A stretch of 63,221 nt of DNA, counting the filler, from Bigelowiella natans CCMP2755 (taxonomy: Eukaryota; Protista; Cercozoa): NCBI GenBank assembly GCA_000320545.1. It is 12 parts of 12 records of this genome, joined end to end, with 100 filler letters (N's around TTAATTAATTAA, not from the genome) between each part and the next. Parts side by side here need not be neighbours in the genome. Positions count along the whole stretch, not along the records: positions 19,770 to 32,385 come from ADNK01001233.1; positions 32,486 to 40,249 come from ADNK01001877.1; positions 40,350 to 42,885 come from ADNK01000730.1; 9 more parts are not named here. One strand, given 5' to 3'. The translations under genes were made by a program, and so were the position numbers. The notes below the pieces were generated by a model. That model had not been told where the DNA came from. It worked only from the letters and a program-made list of their open reading frames with translations, and ran no database searches. Below, piece by piece: positions 27,348 to 40,656 of this stretch (its first letter is position 1; the number at the start of each line of letters is the position of its first letter).

Positions 27348-28469
27348 TTATTGCCTCGAGATAGATTTGCCAGTGTTTCGGAGTACTTTCCTCCTGCTTG
27401 GATCCTTTCTGTGACTGGTGTTACTGTATCCTCTGGCCAAAAGTAACCTAGTCCTTGCCAGAGTTTTGTCAATCGTCGACTTTGTTGCGTTGGATTTTCG
27501 TACAGTGTTCTTCGACAAGGCAATTAACTGTTCAAATTTACGCACGCTGGAAGCTTGTACATTGTTTGTAAGATGTGCCATCTCTTCTTTTCGTTTATCT
27601 CTCTCGTATTTTATCTTTGATTGTTTCTTTTCCAACTCGCTAATCATTCCATTTATCCTCTCAAGTTCTTCTCCGAGAAAGTCGATGCGGTTGCCTGCGT
27701 CTGCTCTTCGCTTTCGGACCTGGGAGACCATTATGTCTAGCATTTTGACTTGCTGATCTGCAGCGCTCTGCCCGCCCTCTATCTTTATTCCTACTAGATT
27801 TAATTTGTCTCCTTTCTCAAAATCTGCACTTCTCTTCTTTGACGCCGAGATTTCTGACGCTATTCTTTTCACCTCTGTTTGTAAACGTGAGCAGCGTCCA
27901 TTCGCAGCTGCTACTTTCCGCTTTAACACCGCATACTTTTCTTCTACTTCCTTTGTTCTGTCCTGATCTACTCGCCGTTCTTCGCGGAGTTTCGCAATGG
28001 CAGTTTTTGATTCTTTGGTTGGGGACTTCATAGACTTGGACAGCAGGTTCTTAGTGGTCCTTTCCTTCTTTTCATAGTTTATCTTCAGGGCTTCACATTC
28101 TTGGGCATACTTTTCCAGATCTTCCTGGAGATTATCCTGGTCACTTTTAGCCTCTTTTTGAATCTGCTGGATTTTGGCCTGTTCCTCAGTCAATGCCTTG
28201 AGCTCCCGTGCGTAACCTTTCACAAGAGTCTGTAACACTTGCTTCAACGTCATCTTGTCTTCAAGTTTGTCCTCAACGCCAGTAGCACTATACTTTCCTT
28301 TAAGACATATTCTAAGTGTATGTGAGTCCACATGTTTGCAGGTTTCCAGAATCTTGCTCCTGATATCACCTATCTTCGCGGTAACGGGCATGTGCTGGAA
28401 AACTAGGGGTTCGAGCATATCAGTTGTGTGGAACCCGACGAGGGGGATTACCACCGTTCTGGACGACAT
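27348..28469 (-). CDS. Intronless protein: N-terminal ubiquitin-like domain + long coiled coil
   Basis: Uninterrupted 373-aa ORF without microsatellites. TAKIGDIRSKI..LRICLKGK..LEDKMTL parallels ubiquitin TIENVKAKI..RLIFAGKQLEDGRTL, and the remainder is E/K/Q/L heptad-rich. Confidence 0.8.
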   Translation of the reverse strand: MSSRTVVIPLVGFHTTDMLEPLVFQHMPVTAKIGDIRSKILETCKHVDSHTLRICLKGKYSATGVEDKLEDKMTLKQVLQTLVKGYARELKALTEEQAKIQQIQKEAKSDQDNLQEDLEKYAQECEALKINYEKKERTTKNLLSKSMKSPTKESKTAIAKLREERRVDQDRTKEVEEKYAVLKRKVAAANGRCSRLQTEVKRIASEISASKKRSADFEKGDKLNLVGIKIEGGQSAADQQVKMLDIMVSQVRKRRADAGNRIDFLGEELERINGMISELEKKQSKIKYERDKRKEEMAHLTNNVQASSVRKFEQLIALSKNTVRKSNATKSTIDKTLARTRLLLARGYSNTSHRKDPSRRKVLRNTGKSISRQ

Positions 28470-29651
28470 TTCAGAAAGCGATAACGAAACTCAAGGATCA
28501 CGGTGCATTTCTGTCTGCCTCCAGCTCTCGTCCAAGCTCGCGAAACGGGAGTTACCACCCCAAAGCGGTTGGTGGTGTCGGTTTCTGCCTAACCTCCCGA
28601 GGCTCCCCCGAAACTCGTTCTCACTGAACCGGGATTTCTTGCGTAAACACCGGATATTACCTGGAACTGGCTCAGAACTGGAAGGAAGTAGGGAAGTCAG
28701 CCGACGAGGTAGGCCGATTTTTATTTTCCACACCCACCGAGAAGAAAGTGCAGATCCGTGAACGAACTACGAGGAAAGAGGTTCAAAACCGGGGATTAGA
28801 CAGCGAATACCGGTTGTCGCAAGGGGGAAAGTGACGCGTCTTGAGTGCGGCAGCCGGCGGTGGAAGCCATTATTCGGCGGCGCATCCTCTGGTGACGAAA
28901 ATAAACTGTGTACTAGAGAGATGGTCTTTGAGAGGGGTCTCCGAGATAGTCCCATATGATATCTGCGGCATAACGCTTTCATTCCTTTTCATTTTGGGAT
29001 TGGAGCTTGCTTCTTCTGCATAGAAAGGGACGAGAAAGTTTGGGGATGCAGGAGTTGCATCCTTATTCATTCACGTCATTTTCAGCTAGCTACCTCGATC
29101 GAAGATGTTTTAAGCACGCTTTCATATTCACACATTTACTGAAGTTTTTACTTATCTGGCAAGAAGACACATACTAGTCGCATACACTAGAATATGCCCG
29201 AAACTTCGTAAAGAAGAAAATTATTCTAATTAGCATGCAAGCATGTTTGTATTTCATCCCTGTATTTTAGCGAGATGTTTCTTCAATTTCCATTCCAAGC
29301 GAGAGAATGAAAAAATACAAACGAAACAGTAGGAAAATCACAAGGGGAAACATTAACGTCACGGATGTGTGCGTGTGTGCTCGTATATGCGTGTTTTACG
29401 AAGCCTCGATACTAAATTAAACCTCTGAAGTTTCGAATGCATTAACCGGGACGATAATTTCTGTTATTCAATGATTTAAAATTATGTTCTTTCTAATCAG
29501 GAGCTAGTTAAGGAGAATATCCGCCAAGTAGGCAGGATAGCAAAGGTTGAGCCCGCAGATACACCACGAGGTTATCAGGTATGTTGGAAAGTTCATGTAT
29601 AGCATTTCCCTTCTAATCACAGTTTTGTTCTACAGGGCATAGGTTTTAAAA

Positions 29652-31952
29652 ATGGACGAAAAGTGTCCAATATGTTGCGAGGACTTAGATCTCACAGATT
29701 TGAGTTTCAAGCCTTGCAAATGCGGTTATCAAGTTTGTCTCTGGTGCTATCAAGACATTAACGAGAAGCTCAACGGCCGATGTCCTGCGTGCCGAGCCCC
29801 GTATAAAGATCAAGGAAAGCATACTGTACCCGACCCTGTAAAACTGCAAAATGAGATTAGACAAAATGAGATTAGGAAAACTGTAGCAAAGCAAAAGAAG
29901 AAGGAGAAGCGATCCAGGAAAAATAGTGCAAGTGGTGGGACTTCAGATCGAAAGATGCTGTCAACCATGAGAGTTTTGCAACGAAATTTAGTTTACGTGG
30001 TCGGCCTTACGATCCGGGTCGCTAAAGAAGAGACACTGCGGAAAAAACAGTATTTCGGAAAGTATGGGAAATTGCTGAAAATAGTGGTGAATAAGAAAGT
30101 TCTTGCTAACGGCATAACAAGCTATTGTGCTTACGTAACTTTCAAAAACGCCAAAGATGCAGAGCTCGCGATCAGAAAGATAAATGGAAGTTCGATCGAT
30201 GGGGCCCGGGTGAAGGCTACGTATGGCACGACAAAATATTGTACAAACTTCCTGCGTGGGGTGAATTGCACGAATCCTAGTTGTTTATACCTGCACCACC
30301 TCGCTCGCACCGAAGATTGCTTCAGCAAGGAAGATCTCAGCAATGTAGACACGTTCAACTATCAAGAGGTAATATTTTGATTCAATAGATGAAGAATGAG
30401 CTGATATTCTCCCGCCTTCCCGCCTTCTGGTTCTGATTTATTCCGTATTTTCTAAATTTGTTGCAGCTTTTGGAGTTGAGCAGGCAAGCCTCAATAACGA
30501 ACGGAGCAACAAGTGGACCAACAAAAACAACAAGCGGCGCACCACCAGCAACAACAATATCAACCAAAAAATCTAATTCAAGTATAGCACCTCCCAAACC
30601 ACCCCCCCCCCCCTTAAAACCCATCACCGCCTCCAAAGCCATCTCTGCCCCAAAACCAATCTCAACAGCCCCCCCTACAAAGCCCAACAACAGCAGCAAA
30701 CCTCACACATCTTCATCTTCCTACCGATCCTCGGGAGTTTCGAAGACACCGACCAAAGAAGCAGCACCAATATGGGATACACATAGTAATAGGTCCCGTA
30801 ATAATAGGTCCAACAGCGGTACAGATTCGGGTCCCGAGGGCCCTCTTCCCCCTTCAAAATCAAGATCTTCCAAGGATTTCCAAAAATTTCCGAAATTCCC
30901 AGCCGAAAAGCCTTCGCGACCAACGAGAACCTCGTTGCCGAGCAAAAAGGAGCCTGATCTCCCGGCTCCTCTTGCGGGTTCTGAAAAGCGGTCAGAACTG
31001 GAGATGTCTCCCCCCGGGCTTCCTCTTGCTATAGATGGAACGAATTCTGGTTTTTTCATGAAGCTCTCTACTACGACTAACAATAAAGCGCAGCAGCAGC
31101 AGGAGCAGCAGCAAGCGTCGGACAGGGGGGATCCATACCCCCCTGTTGGAAGCCAGCTGACATCATCTTTATTCCAACAGCCGCTCAAAGGGGAGGCTGG
31201 GCATGGTGGTGTCGGTGAAAAGGACGTGTGGAGAGGCGAAGCATGGGGCGGGGCTTCGCAGAACTCTACAACGCCAGTAGGACGTGCAGATATGGCCATA
31301 TCTGGAGGAGGAGGCACAAGCATCTCGCAGAGCATGTTTCCTAACTCATCGAGGGGTTTGCACGGAGGGAAGAGCGATCTGCCCCCCCCCCATGACCCCT
31401 CGACGGAGCTTCATCAAAATTATGCGCGAGCGCCCGGGAAGGAGTCGCATCAGAATCAACCGCACATGCCTAGTAACGCGCCGGGCGCATCGAGAAAATG
31501 GGTACTATTATCTTACTGAGCGGCCTTGATTTTGCATGTTTGGGATTATTATGTGAACTAGCGGTGATGTCAGACAACACCCTCTGACTGAAATGCAATA
31601 TATCAAATCTTCTTCTAGGATTTCAACAAGTTCATGAAGGAAGTGCTGCCAGCAGGCGGTTTCATGCCAGGATTTGGCGGAGTGAATTTAGACGTAAGAA
31701 GATTCCTTATTCAAAAAAAGAAGAAAAAGAGAAAGTTACTTGCCTATTCTATCTGCGGCGTCGTCCTAACTTCCACTTTTCCCTGGTTCATATTATGCAG
31801 TTTAATGCGGCCGAGAGGAGAGCCGGCTCTAGATATGCTTTTGTTGGTAGTAGTGCAGATGGCGGGCCAGCATCAAAACTAATGCCGCCGAGCTCTAGAG
31901 GTGCCATTGGAGGGGCGGGACCCCCTGGATTGTTCACACGAAGTAATTATAA

Positions 31953-31989
<37 letters not shown>

Positions 31990-32330
31990 GTGCAACAGTC
32001 GGTTCTGTGAAACATTGAGAGGTTGCATGAAGGAGGGAAGGAGGGGGGGGGGGGGGGGGGAGGATCATGCTATCTCCGGTATTTTCCCTCTTTGTCGCTA
32101 CCAACTCTTATGCCCAGTGTTTTCTTTAGCTCGCCTTCATCGCGAAACTCAGGCTTGTCGCCTATTCGCTTCATGACAAACTCCAGGTCTTTCTTATCGT
32201 GATGTGCTATGCATATGTCATCCACGAAAACATGACAATATGATGATTCTTCCTTGTCTGTGCATTATCATTCGGCAAGGATCGGAGTAAAGCTGGACGA
32301 AGGCCAATGGCGTTCAGATGCTCGAGCAAG
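29652..32330 (+). CDS. NOT4: CCR4-NOT subunit 4 E3 ubiquitin ligase, 3' truncated
   Basis: C4C4 RING (CPICCE..FKPCKCGYQVCLWC..GRCPACR), RRM (RVLQRNLVYVVGL..YFGKYGK..AYVTF) and C3H finger (YGTTKYCTNFLRGVNCTNPSCLYLH), followed by a low-complexity P/S-rich exon. A 5' UTR intron lies near 29579-29635. Confidence 0.94.
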
Positions 32331-32491
32331 GTAAGGCTGAATATTGCACTTGCTTGTGTCAGCCCATAAATGCTTTTATTTACCCNNNNNNNNNNNNNNN
32401 NNNNNNNNNNNNNNNNNNNNNNNNNNNNNTTAATTAATTAANNNNNNNNNNNNNNNNNNNNNNNNNNNNNNNNNNNNNNNNNNNNGATACA

Positions 32492-32610
<119 letters not shown>

Positions 32611-32768
32611 TTCTATATATCTATATTATGAAAAAGTGCGAGATATAAGTATATGATTTGGCAAACTCTAATGCTAACATTATATTTGACTTTTCTCTCC
32701 TCTTCCTCCTCCTCCTCCTCCTCCTCCTCCTCCTCCTCCTCCTCCTCCTCTTCTCCCTCCCTTCTCAG

Positions 32769-33233
32769 TCGCCCAAACCCAGCCGCACGTATCCGATTCC
32801 ACCGTTCAGTACATCGCTTCTGAGGAGTACTAACTATGAAACTACCTGATTTGCTCACTTCGGAACAGACATTATAGTTCTCATTGCTTTCCCCCGTAAT
32901 TTTGATGACCAGCGATCTCGAATCCTACGCAACTTCGTCTAACTACGCAAACACGCCCTACATTTGTGGAGCGGTCGTTCTGAAAGAAATGATGGGGTAA
33001 CAACGCAATGGCGAGAACAGCGTGCGAGAGGGGAGCGCGTTCGTTTCGACCAAATCTTCATCTTTCTCTAACTCAGCACCTGATGACGAATATTACGCAT
33101 TACCCGTGCCAATGTACGAATATTTAGGGGAAGTGCTGGCTTGAGCTTCAAATACTCGATACGCATGAACGCCTCTGACAGCTTTCAGGAGTCCTATCCT
33201 CAACAGGTAATTGGTTCGCAGACAAACACACAT

Positions 33234-33287
<54 letters not shown>

Positions 33288-33541
33288 ATTACAATCGTCC
33301 GATTGTAGAGCCTGTGGTGTTTGGAATAGCATTGCTGCTGTAGTTAGTGCTGGCGTACCACTTTACTAACATCAGTCCCTCTCTCCTTTCATTAGATTCC
33401 CTCAACTCGCGAGATCTCGAACGACCTTAGCCTGGAGAGTTTCGAGCAGGCATGGAAGTACACAGGGTGCCGTTATTTTCTCACCATCATCATCATCACC
33501 ACCATCATCATCTCATCATCATCATCATCATCATCATCATC

Positions 33542-33573
<32 letters not shown>

Positions 33574-33930
33574 TTAAAGTTCTCTGTCATTGTTGTCGCT
33601 GCTTAACTCTTTTGGTGTCCTACCGACTACCTCCATGGCGCATACCCTCCTGTTGTGGTTCAAGCCATGGCTTTCTTGCCGTCCAGAATGTCGTGGATGC
33701 GTGGATCATAAACGGGTGGGTGGGAGAGTCGTCGAGAGAGTTGCTAGCTTTATTGCGGTCTCATAATATACACCCATCCCATCTGCCTCAGATCTCTTCC
33801 TGCTACGTCCGAATTCCTACCCTTCTATCCGATCTCCTACCCTCTGCAAGTATGCCGTAGAGCAGCATCATTTCACGAAGAGATTAACACTTCCTTCATC
33901 ACCTACTACCCGTTTCTAGCAATCAATACG

Positions 33931-33972
<42 letters not shown>

Positions 33973-35631
33973 CCCATCATCTATGCGAGCGTGGCAGCCA
34001 CATGAGGCATAGAGCACGTTCGCAAGAAGCTAACGACGTTCTCACAGCTTGATTTTGTAGCCGTTTCCTACCCCAGAGTACGAGGATGATATCTTTGTCC
34101 AGGTAATTTTTACTATTAGTACCTCCCAATAGCAGAGCGAGCGAGCGGCAGCAGAAGTCTACTATCAATACGTTCGTCAACCCCCTCCACATCCCCCACC
34201 CTTCCTCTCCCGTTCTCGCTTTCCATCTGCCTCTAGATCGTTGCCGCAGTCCTGGGATTGTTCTTGACTCTGGCCTTTATCTGGCCTCTTCAACGTATCA
34301 CGAAGAGCTTGGTAAGGCTGCTGCTAGCATTTGCTGTCGGTGCCGTAAATTCCAGATGCAGGCCTAACTACCCTGCCAGAATTCCAAGCTCACCGTTTCA
34401 ACCAACAATCATTGTCATGATCTACCCTTCATCTCGTGTGTGTCCCCCCCCCCTCGTTCCCAACAGGTCGAGGAGAAGGAGAATCGCATCAAAGAGCTCA
34501 TGTTTCAGGTGTGTAGGACGTTGGCGAAATCGTATGCGTTCCTCAAGATGAGGAGGGGGCTTTTCCTTTGCTGCATGCCCCCCCCCCCCTCCACTTTCCG
34601 CCCTTTTAGCGTAACGCGAACTTACCGATGCATGGGTTTCAGATGTCCCTCTATCCCACCGCCTGGTTTGCCGCATGGCTAGCAATATATGCGATGTTCT
34701 TCGCAGTATCGTCTGTTTAGATTCCCCCCCTCCCCTGGGAAATGTAGAAATTAAGGGGGGGAAGATGGGGTTCCGCTATGGGGTGGGTTGGGCCTTTTGG
34801 TTTCTTCCCCTAACAAAACACCCCCTGGCCGCTTGATTTTGGGGCTGAAATTGGTTTTGAAAGCCAGTCCAACTTTTCCAAGAACTTTGGTCCGGGAATA
34901 ATCTTTTGGGAAAACGAAAAAAACCATGGGGGGGGGGGGGGGGGGGGGAGATAGAATGTCAGACGTCCTGTGGGCCGATCGATGATGATGGTAATGCGTG
35001 CATGATACTGATAGTAGCATGGGAGCAGAAAGCATCATATTTGCCGACAGAATAAGTGCTCGCACTACCCTACCTTTAATAATGTTTATCTTCTCTTCCT
35101 CATTACTACCGTTTATGCCTTCTTGCCATCATATGTTAGTTCTATTTCCTGTTCTCTATGGCAATATTCGCGTTCGGCTTCATGGCGTCCTCGATATTTC
35201 AAAAAGCAAACACAGCGGCTACGATGACCACGGTACACTCCACCTCTCCCCTCCTCCCCTTCTGATACATGGAAGCCAGACGCAAATAGGGAAAAGAGGG
35301 GACGGATGAAGATGGAGAGGAGGGTGGAGGGGGGGGGCGGGGATTGTATATAAACTTTCCTCTTTGCTTCAGATTGGCCTTCTGGGGTCATTCTTCGGAT
35401 ACTACGCGCTAAACAGCACTTCCACGAAATCTTTGAGGGTTCTGCATGAAAGATTATGATGATGCCTGTGGTGTTCGTTTGTGGTATTTTAGTAATAATT
35501 TCGATCGCCATAGTCCTCTTCTACTATGACCGTGGAAGGATATTAACATTTCGTCGTCTAATCGCGTTCTAGGCTTTGGCATGTATCTCTGCTCCGGTGT
35601 GCGTTGGTCAAGGTAGGAACTATTATGAGGG

Positions 35632-35672
<41 letters not shown>

Positions 35673-36606
35673 CGCTTTCTCTTTCTCTTTCCCCGTTGTC
35701 CACGCCGTGCGGCATTTTGGTCTGGATCTTGCGCTTTGCATGCTTCAGCATTTCGTTTGGCGAGCTCCACCCTCGTGCATCCTCGCCTTCTCAATTTCTC
35801 TCTTCTGACATTTCTCATACATCACCAGATTAGTAGACCCCATCGTTGTCGTTCTTTCAGTCTTCTCTCCTCACATTGCCTATTTTCTGTCTAACGCTCT
35901 CCCCCCCCCCCCCATCCTCCCCCACCCCCACCCACTCAGGCGCGGTAATCATCTCGACGTTTCGAGAGCAACGGACTAGGAATGAACCCAGAAACGTTCA
36001 ACGTGGAAGTGGACAACATCGATATGGGAACCGTGTTCGGAATGCTCGTTGCGGACTTCTTCCTCTACATTATTATTGGGTCGTTGATTAGTTGCGTGAG
36101 CGAGTGGGTGCTGCTCAAAACGGATTGTGGGTCACAAAAGTCCCCTTTCCCCCTTCTGCCCCTCCTCCTCCTCCTCCTCCTCCTCCTCCTCCTCTCTCTC
36201 ATCTTTGTTGTTCTTTCCATCGTTAGATTGTACCTCGAGAAAGTGTGGCCAAGCGAGTTCGGGGTTCCCCACGCACCTTGGTTAGTGTGCATGGTTGCTT
36301 GATTGCAGGCCGGAGCAGGGGAGGGGGGACATGAGGATGAAGAAAGAATGACTATCAGGATTCGTGACTCTATTCTTGTCCCCAACAGGTTCTTTCTTCT
36401 GCCTAGCTACTGGTGTCCAGGACGCAACAGAAATAATGCGGTCATTCCCCATCTTCATATTCATCATCATCATTCTCTTCTTCTTCTTCTTCTTCTTCTT
36501 CTTCTTCTTCTTGATTATCACCATATTCACAACCCACGGTGACCTCTATCGAATTGCCAACCAACCCAGACGAAACAGCAGTCTGTCGCAGCCTATGACG
36601 ACGTTT

Positions 36607-36643
<37 letters not shown>

Positions 36644-36874
36644 TTTTCACTGCCAGCGTCAGGGATGGAGCGAAAGCTCCCAGAGATATACGAGCCGGAT
36701 CCTAGAAAGCCTCTACCCGCTGGGCTGAAGGAATGAAGAACAGTTTTTCTTCGATAGTCACGATGTTAGTTGATGGTTATGGAGATTGGATGGAAACTCC
36801 ATTCTCCCGGTCATACCCTTCCTAGACACGCTGTGAAACAAACGACGCGTATTCACGAAGACTGACATTGTATT

Positions 36875-36915
<41 letters not shown>

Positions 36916-37100
36916 ACGCGCTCTTCTCACTTGTCGTAGCTGGGCCTAGAGGTGATCAATTTGAGGAAGGAATTCGAAAGCGGTGGGTGAATAAGTAAAG
37001 TGAGAAGATTCATCCGTCGGCTAGTTAGCCACGAGGGCATATCTGACGACGAGATCACACACACGAACACACACACACACGCGTTAAAAGAGAGAGATAG

Positions 37101-37142
<42 letters not shown>

Positions 37143-37637
37143 AGAAAAGAGAGTAAAGAGAGATTATTTTTTACCCCTGATTCGTTGCTCCTAGGGAAGA
37201 TGAACCTTCTTTTTGCGTAAGTTTTCCCATCGCTCATACTTCCGAAACAAACTAACAACAGATCATGGGGCTTTCGTTGCAGTTGATAACCTTTCAGTCG
37301 ACATGTTCAGAGATCAGGTGCATGAGGAAGATTATAATCAAATGCATAGCATTCTCCCCCCCCCCCCCTCCAAATCCCTCCCCTCTCTCTACTTGCATGT
37401 GGGTGTGAGTGTGACATGGCCTCCCTCACCTCCACTCTACAGGTGTTCGCTTTGCTCGGTCACAACGGGGCGGGGAAAACCACCACTATAAACATGCTCA
37501 CCGGAATGTACACGACTACCTCTGGAGACGCGGTGAGATGATGTTGTTGTTGTTGATGATGATGATAGTCATGATGGCGATGAGAGCGAGGCGCTAGGCT
37601 CAATGTTGTGCTATCGTTTGCTACCCCTTAGCCACGG

Positions 37638-37672
<35 letters not shown>

Positions 37673-38769
37673 TTTTCCTTCTACCTCGTTCAGGTCCTCA
37701 CAACAAAGGAAGGCGATAAGTATTGGTACATGTCTTCTCCTGATCTTCTTCCTCCTCCTTTCTCCCCAATACTTGTATATGTCTGTATCTATATAAATAA
37801 ATAAATATATATATATATATATATATATGGGCACGGCTGCTCGTTTCACATTCACCCTCGATCTGCATCATACTACATGTGTGCATGTGCACGCCTGTGT
37901 GCGTGACACGTACCCTCGCTTTCCCCCTTCTTAACTCCAACCCCCTCCCCCCCCCCCTCCCTCCCCAAACTCCACTCTTCTCTTCGCAGCGTATCGACGG
38001 ACCTGCATCGCATGCAAGGGGTGCTAGGGGTATGCCCGCAGCATGACGTCCTGTTTCCCGATCTCACCGTAGCAGAGCACCTTCGCATCATGGCTAGAGT
38101 GAAGGTATTGAGAAGCAGAGCCAACGCGCCCCTCCTCCTCCTCCTCCTCCTCCTCCTACCACAACACACGCGCGCAGGATAGATCACCAGGCGATGCGAC
38201 ATGTCTTACACCGCTAAACAACTGCTGTCAGGGCGTTCCGAACGCCGAGATCGAGGATGCACTTGCGGAGATCATCGCCTTGGTTGGAATCACGGAAAAA
38301 GTGAACAGCCAGACGCAGGTAAGGAAAGGAGGGGAAGAGGGGGGGGGGAGATAATAATAATAATAATAATATATCGAGGGGAAACGAGGAAACGAATGAT
38401 ATGAGAATCAAAAAGGGAATATTACCACAGTAATATTTGAAGAGCAAGCAGATATACATATTCTTGGTTCGTTTATCGTCCCCCCCCTCCCTTCTATTGG
38501 TTTCCCCCTTAATTAGGGCTTATCAGGGGGGCAGAAGCGCAAGCTTTCCATCTCCATGGCCTTGATCGGGAACTCGGAGCTCGTGTTCTTGGATGAGCCA
38601 ACGAGCGGAGTAGACCCTTACTCAAGGTTGTTAGCGCAGAGCACCAAAGGCATAGAGCTTGTGAGCGAAAGTGCGGTTGGAGAAGGGAAGGGGGGGGGGG
38701 GGGGGGAGTTGTGTTTTCGAACGAACCGAAGAATGGACTATTAGAGGTAAATTGATTTTTTTTGTAATA

Positions 38770-38802
<33 letters not shown>

Positions 38803-39314
38803 GCGTGTGGGTTGCAGGCGTTCAATGTGGGAGGTGATCAGAAGGGCGAAAAAGGACAGAGTCATCGTGCTGACAACTCACTTCATGGACGAGGTAACAG
38901 CAGCGCATATGACGATGTGACCACGAAGTAGTACCCTTGCTTGCGCTCGTATCGGTCGGCGATGAGTGGTTGCGTCCAAATCTACACCGCTGTAAGAGAT
39001 GACGGGGGGCTTTTCTCTTCTTTGATAAACACTCTACTTGCTTTGATGATGATGATGATGATAATTCAGGCTGATACTCTTGGGGACCGGTAATTTGCAG
39101 CAGCTTGCCGGACATTGACACCTACCCCTCTTCTTCCCCATCCTCCCTCCACCTACCTGCCTTCCTTTGATTGCGCACAGTTTCACCTCGTTCCGCGTTA
39201 GCTATCTGTTGGATCTTCTGTTTGTCGATTGTACGCATGGCAGCACTTTGATGTTGCTGCGACACAAGAGAAACTGCAAAAGGATTGATATGCTTTATAT
39301 ATTATATTAATGAT

Positions 39315-39364
<50 letters not shown>

Positions 39365-39956
39365 ATCCTACCCTCCTTTGTGAAGAATCGGCATCATGGA
39401 GCACGGGACCCTCGCTTGCTGCGCCTCTTCACTACACCTCAAGGTGGTCATCAAACAAACAGATGATGGCGGCGTTGTATTCGTCATTTAAGGGCCATAT
39501 AGTCATCAGCATTGATCAGTCGATGCAAGCTTTTAGCTTTGAAGAGTTTCCCTGCGGCCGTATTCCTCTTACATCTATGTCGTCGTTATCATCGCCAGAA
39601 CGCCTATGGGGTTGGGTACACATTCTCGGTTAGTCTGGCGGAAAATGGTGATGCAAAAGCCGTGAGGAATCTCGTTCGGGTAGAAACGAATACTCTTGCC
39701 GTTGCTGCTGCGATTTCCTCCGGAAAGCACTTCTTTCACAACAACAACACCAACAACAACAACAAGGGGAAGAAGAAGATCAACAACAACTTTGCGAACC
39801 CTCATCTTGAGATGACGACGACGATTTTATGGCGACCTTTATCGTCTATTCCCCATTTGTAGAAATTCGTTCCGGAGGCCAGGACGCGCACCTCCGCAGG
39901 AGAAGTTCAGTGCAGGTCGCCTTTTTGCCTCGGAAGACATTCAATCGCACGCACAC

Positions 39957-39994
<38 letters not shown>

Positions 39995-40132
39995 CCACGC
40001 ACACAAAGAGTGCAGAGCTTGCTTGAGAGTGACACGAAATCTCATTTCCTGATTTTCCTATTCCTCGGATTGGTAGGCTTCCGTTAGCGAGCTCCTCCGA
40101 GTTCCCAGCTATGATGAAGGCGCTCGATAAAG
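32769..40132 (+). CDS. ABCA: ABCA-subfamily transporter, first half (TMD1 + NBD1), both ends truncated
   Basis: Exons encode [57 protein letters not shown], Walker [38 protein letters not shown], signature [10 protein letters not shown], Walker [30 protein letters not shown] and YGVGYTF. One apparent +1 frameshift at 35960-35963. Confidence 0.93.
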
Positions 40133-40409
40133 GTCAGCATGGTAGATACTCTTTGTCTCGAGACGAGATGGTCTATTCCGCAGCGGTACGGTTTTTTCGT
40201 CGTAGTTTGTTTGATGAGCTTCTTTTCCCATTTCCCTATATGATGACCCNNNNNNNNNNNNNNNNNNNNNNNNNNNNNNNNNNNNNNNNNNNNTTAATTA
40301 ATTAANNNNNNNNNNNNNNNNNNNNNNNNNNNNNNNNNNNNNNNNNNNNCCCCCCCCCCCCCCCGCCTTCCACTTTGACTCTCCACTCCCCGCATATCCA
40401 AATCTTTAG

Positions 40410-40616
40410 AAACTGAGTCACCGTAAACTCGCTGAGTTCTTCCTCGGGCCCCGCACGTGCTACGTCGGATGGTCAGATGAGCGGCTTGAATACTATATAC
40501 GCAAGCGCACGCAACACAACGGAATTCGCAGTGTGGATGTCCTGATCCTTAATGATTGGAATTTGGACTTAAAACAACAGTATATCTTGCCCTCCACCGC
40601 CTGTGCGAGCACCATC

Positions 40617-40656
<40 letters not shown>

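Noticed and set aside
28760-28900. GC-rich stretch considered as a possible structured ncRNA
   Set aside because: No tRNA, snRNA, SRP or snoRNA box pattern recognised. An Rfam search would be needed.
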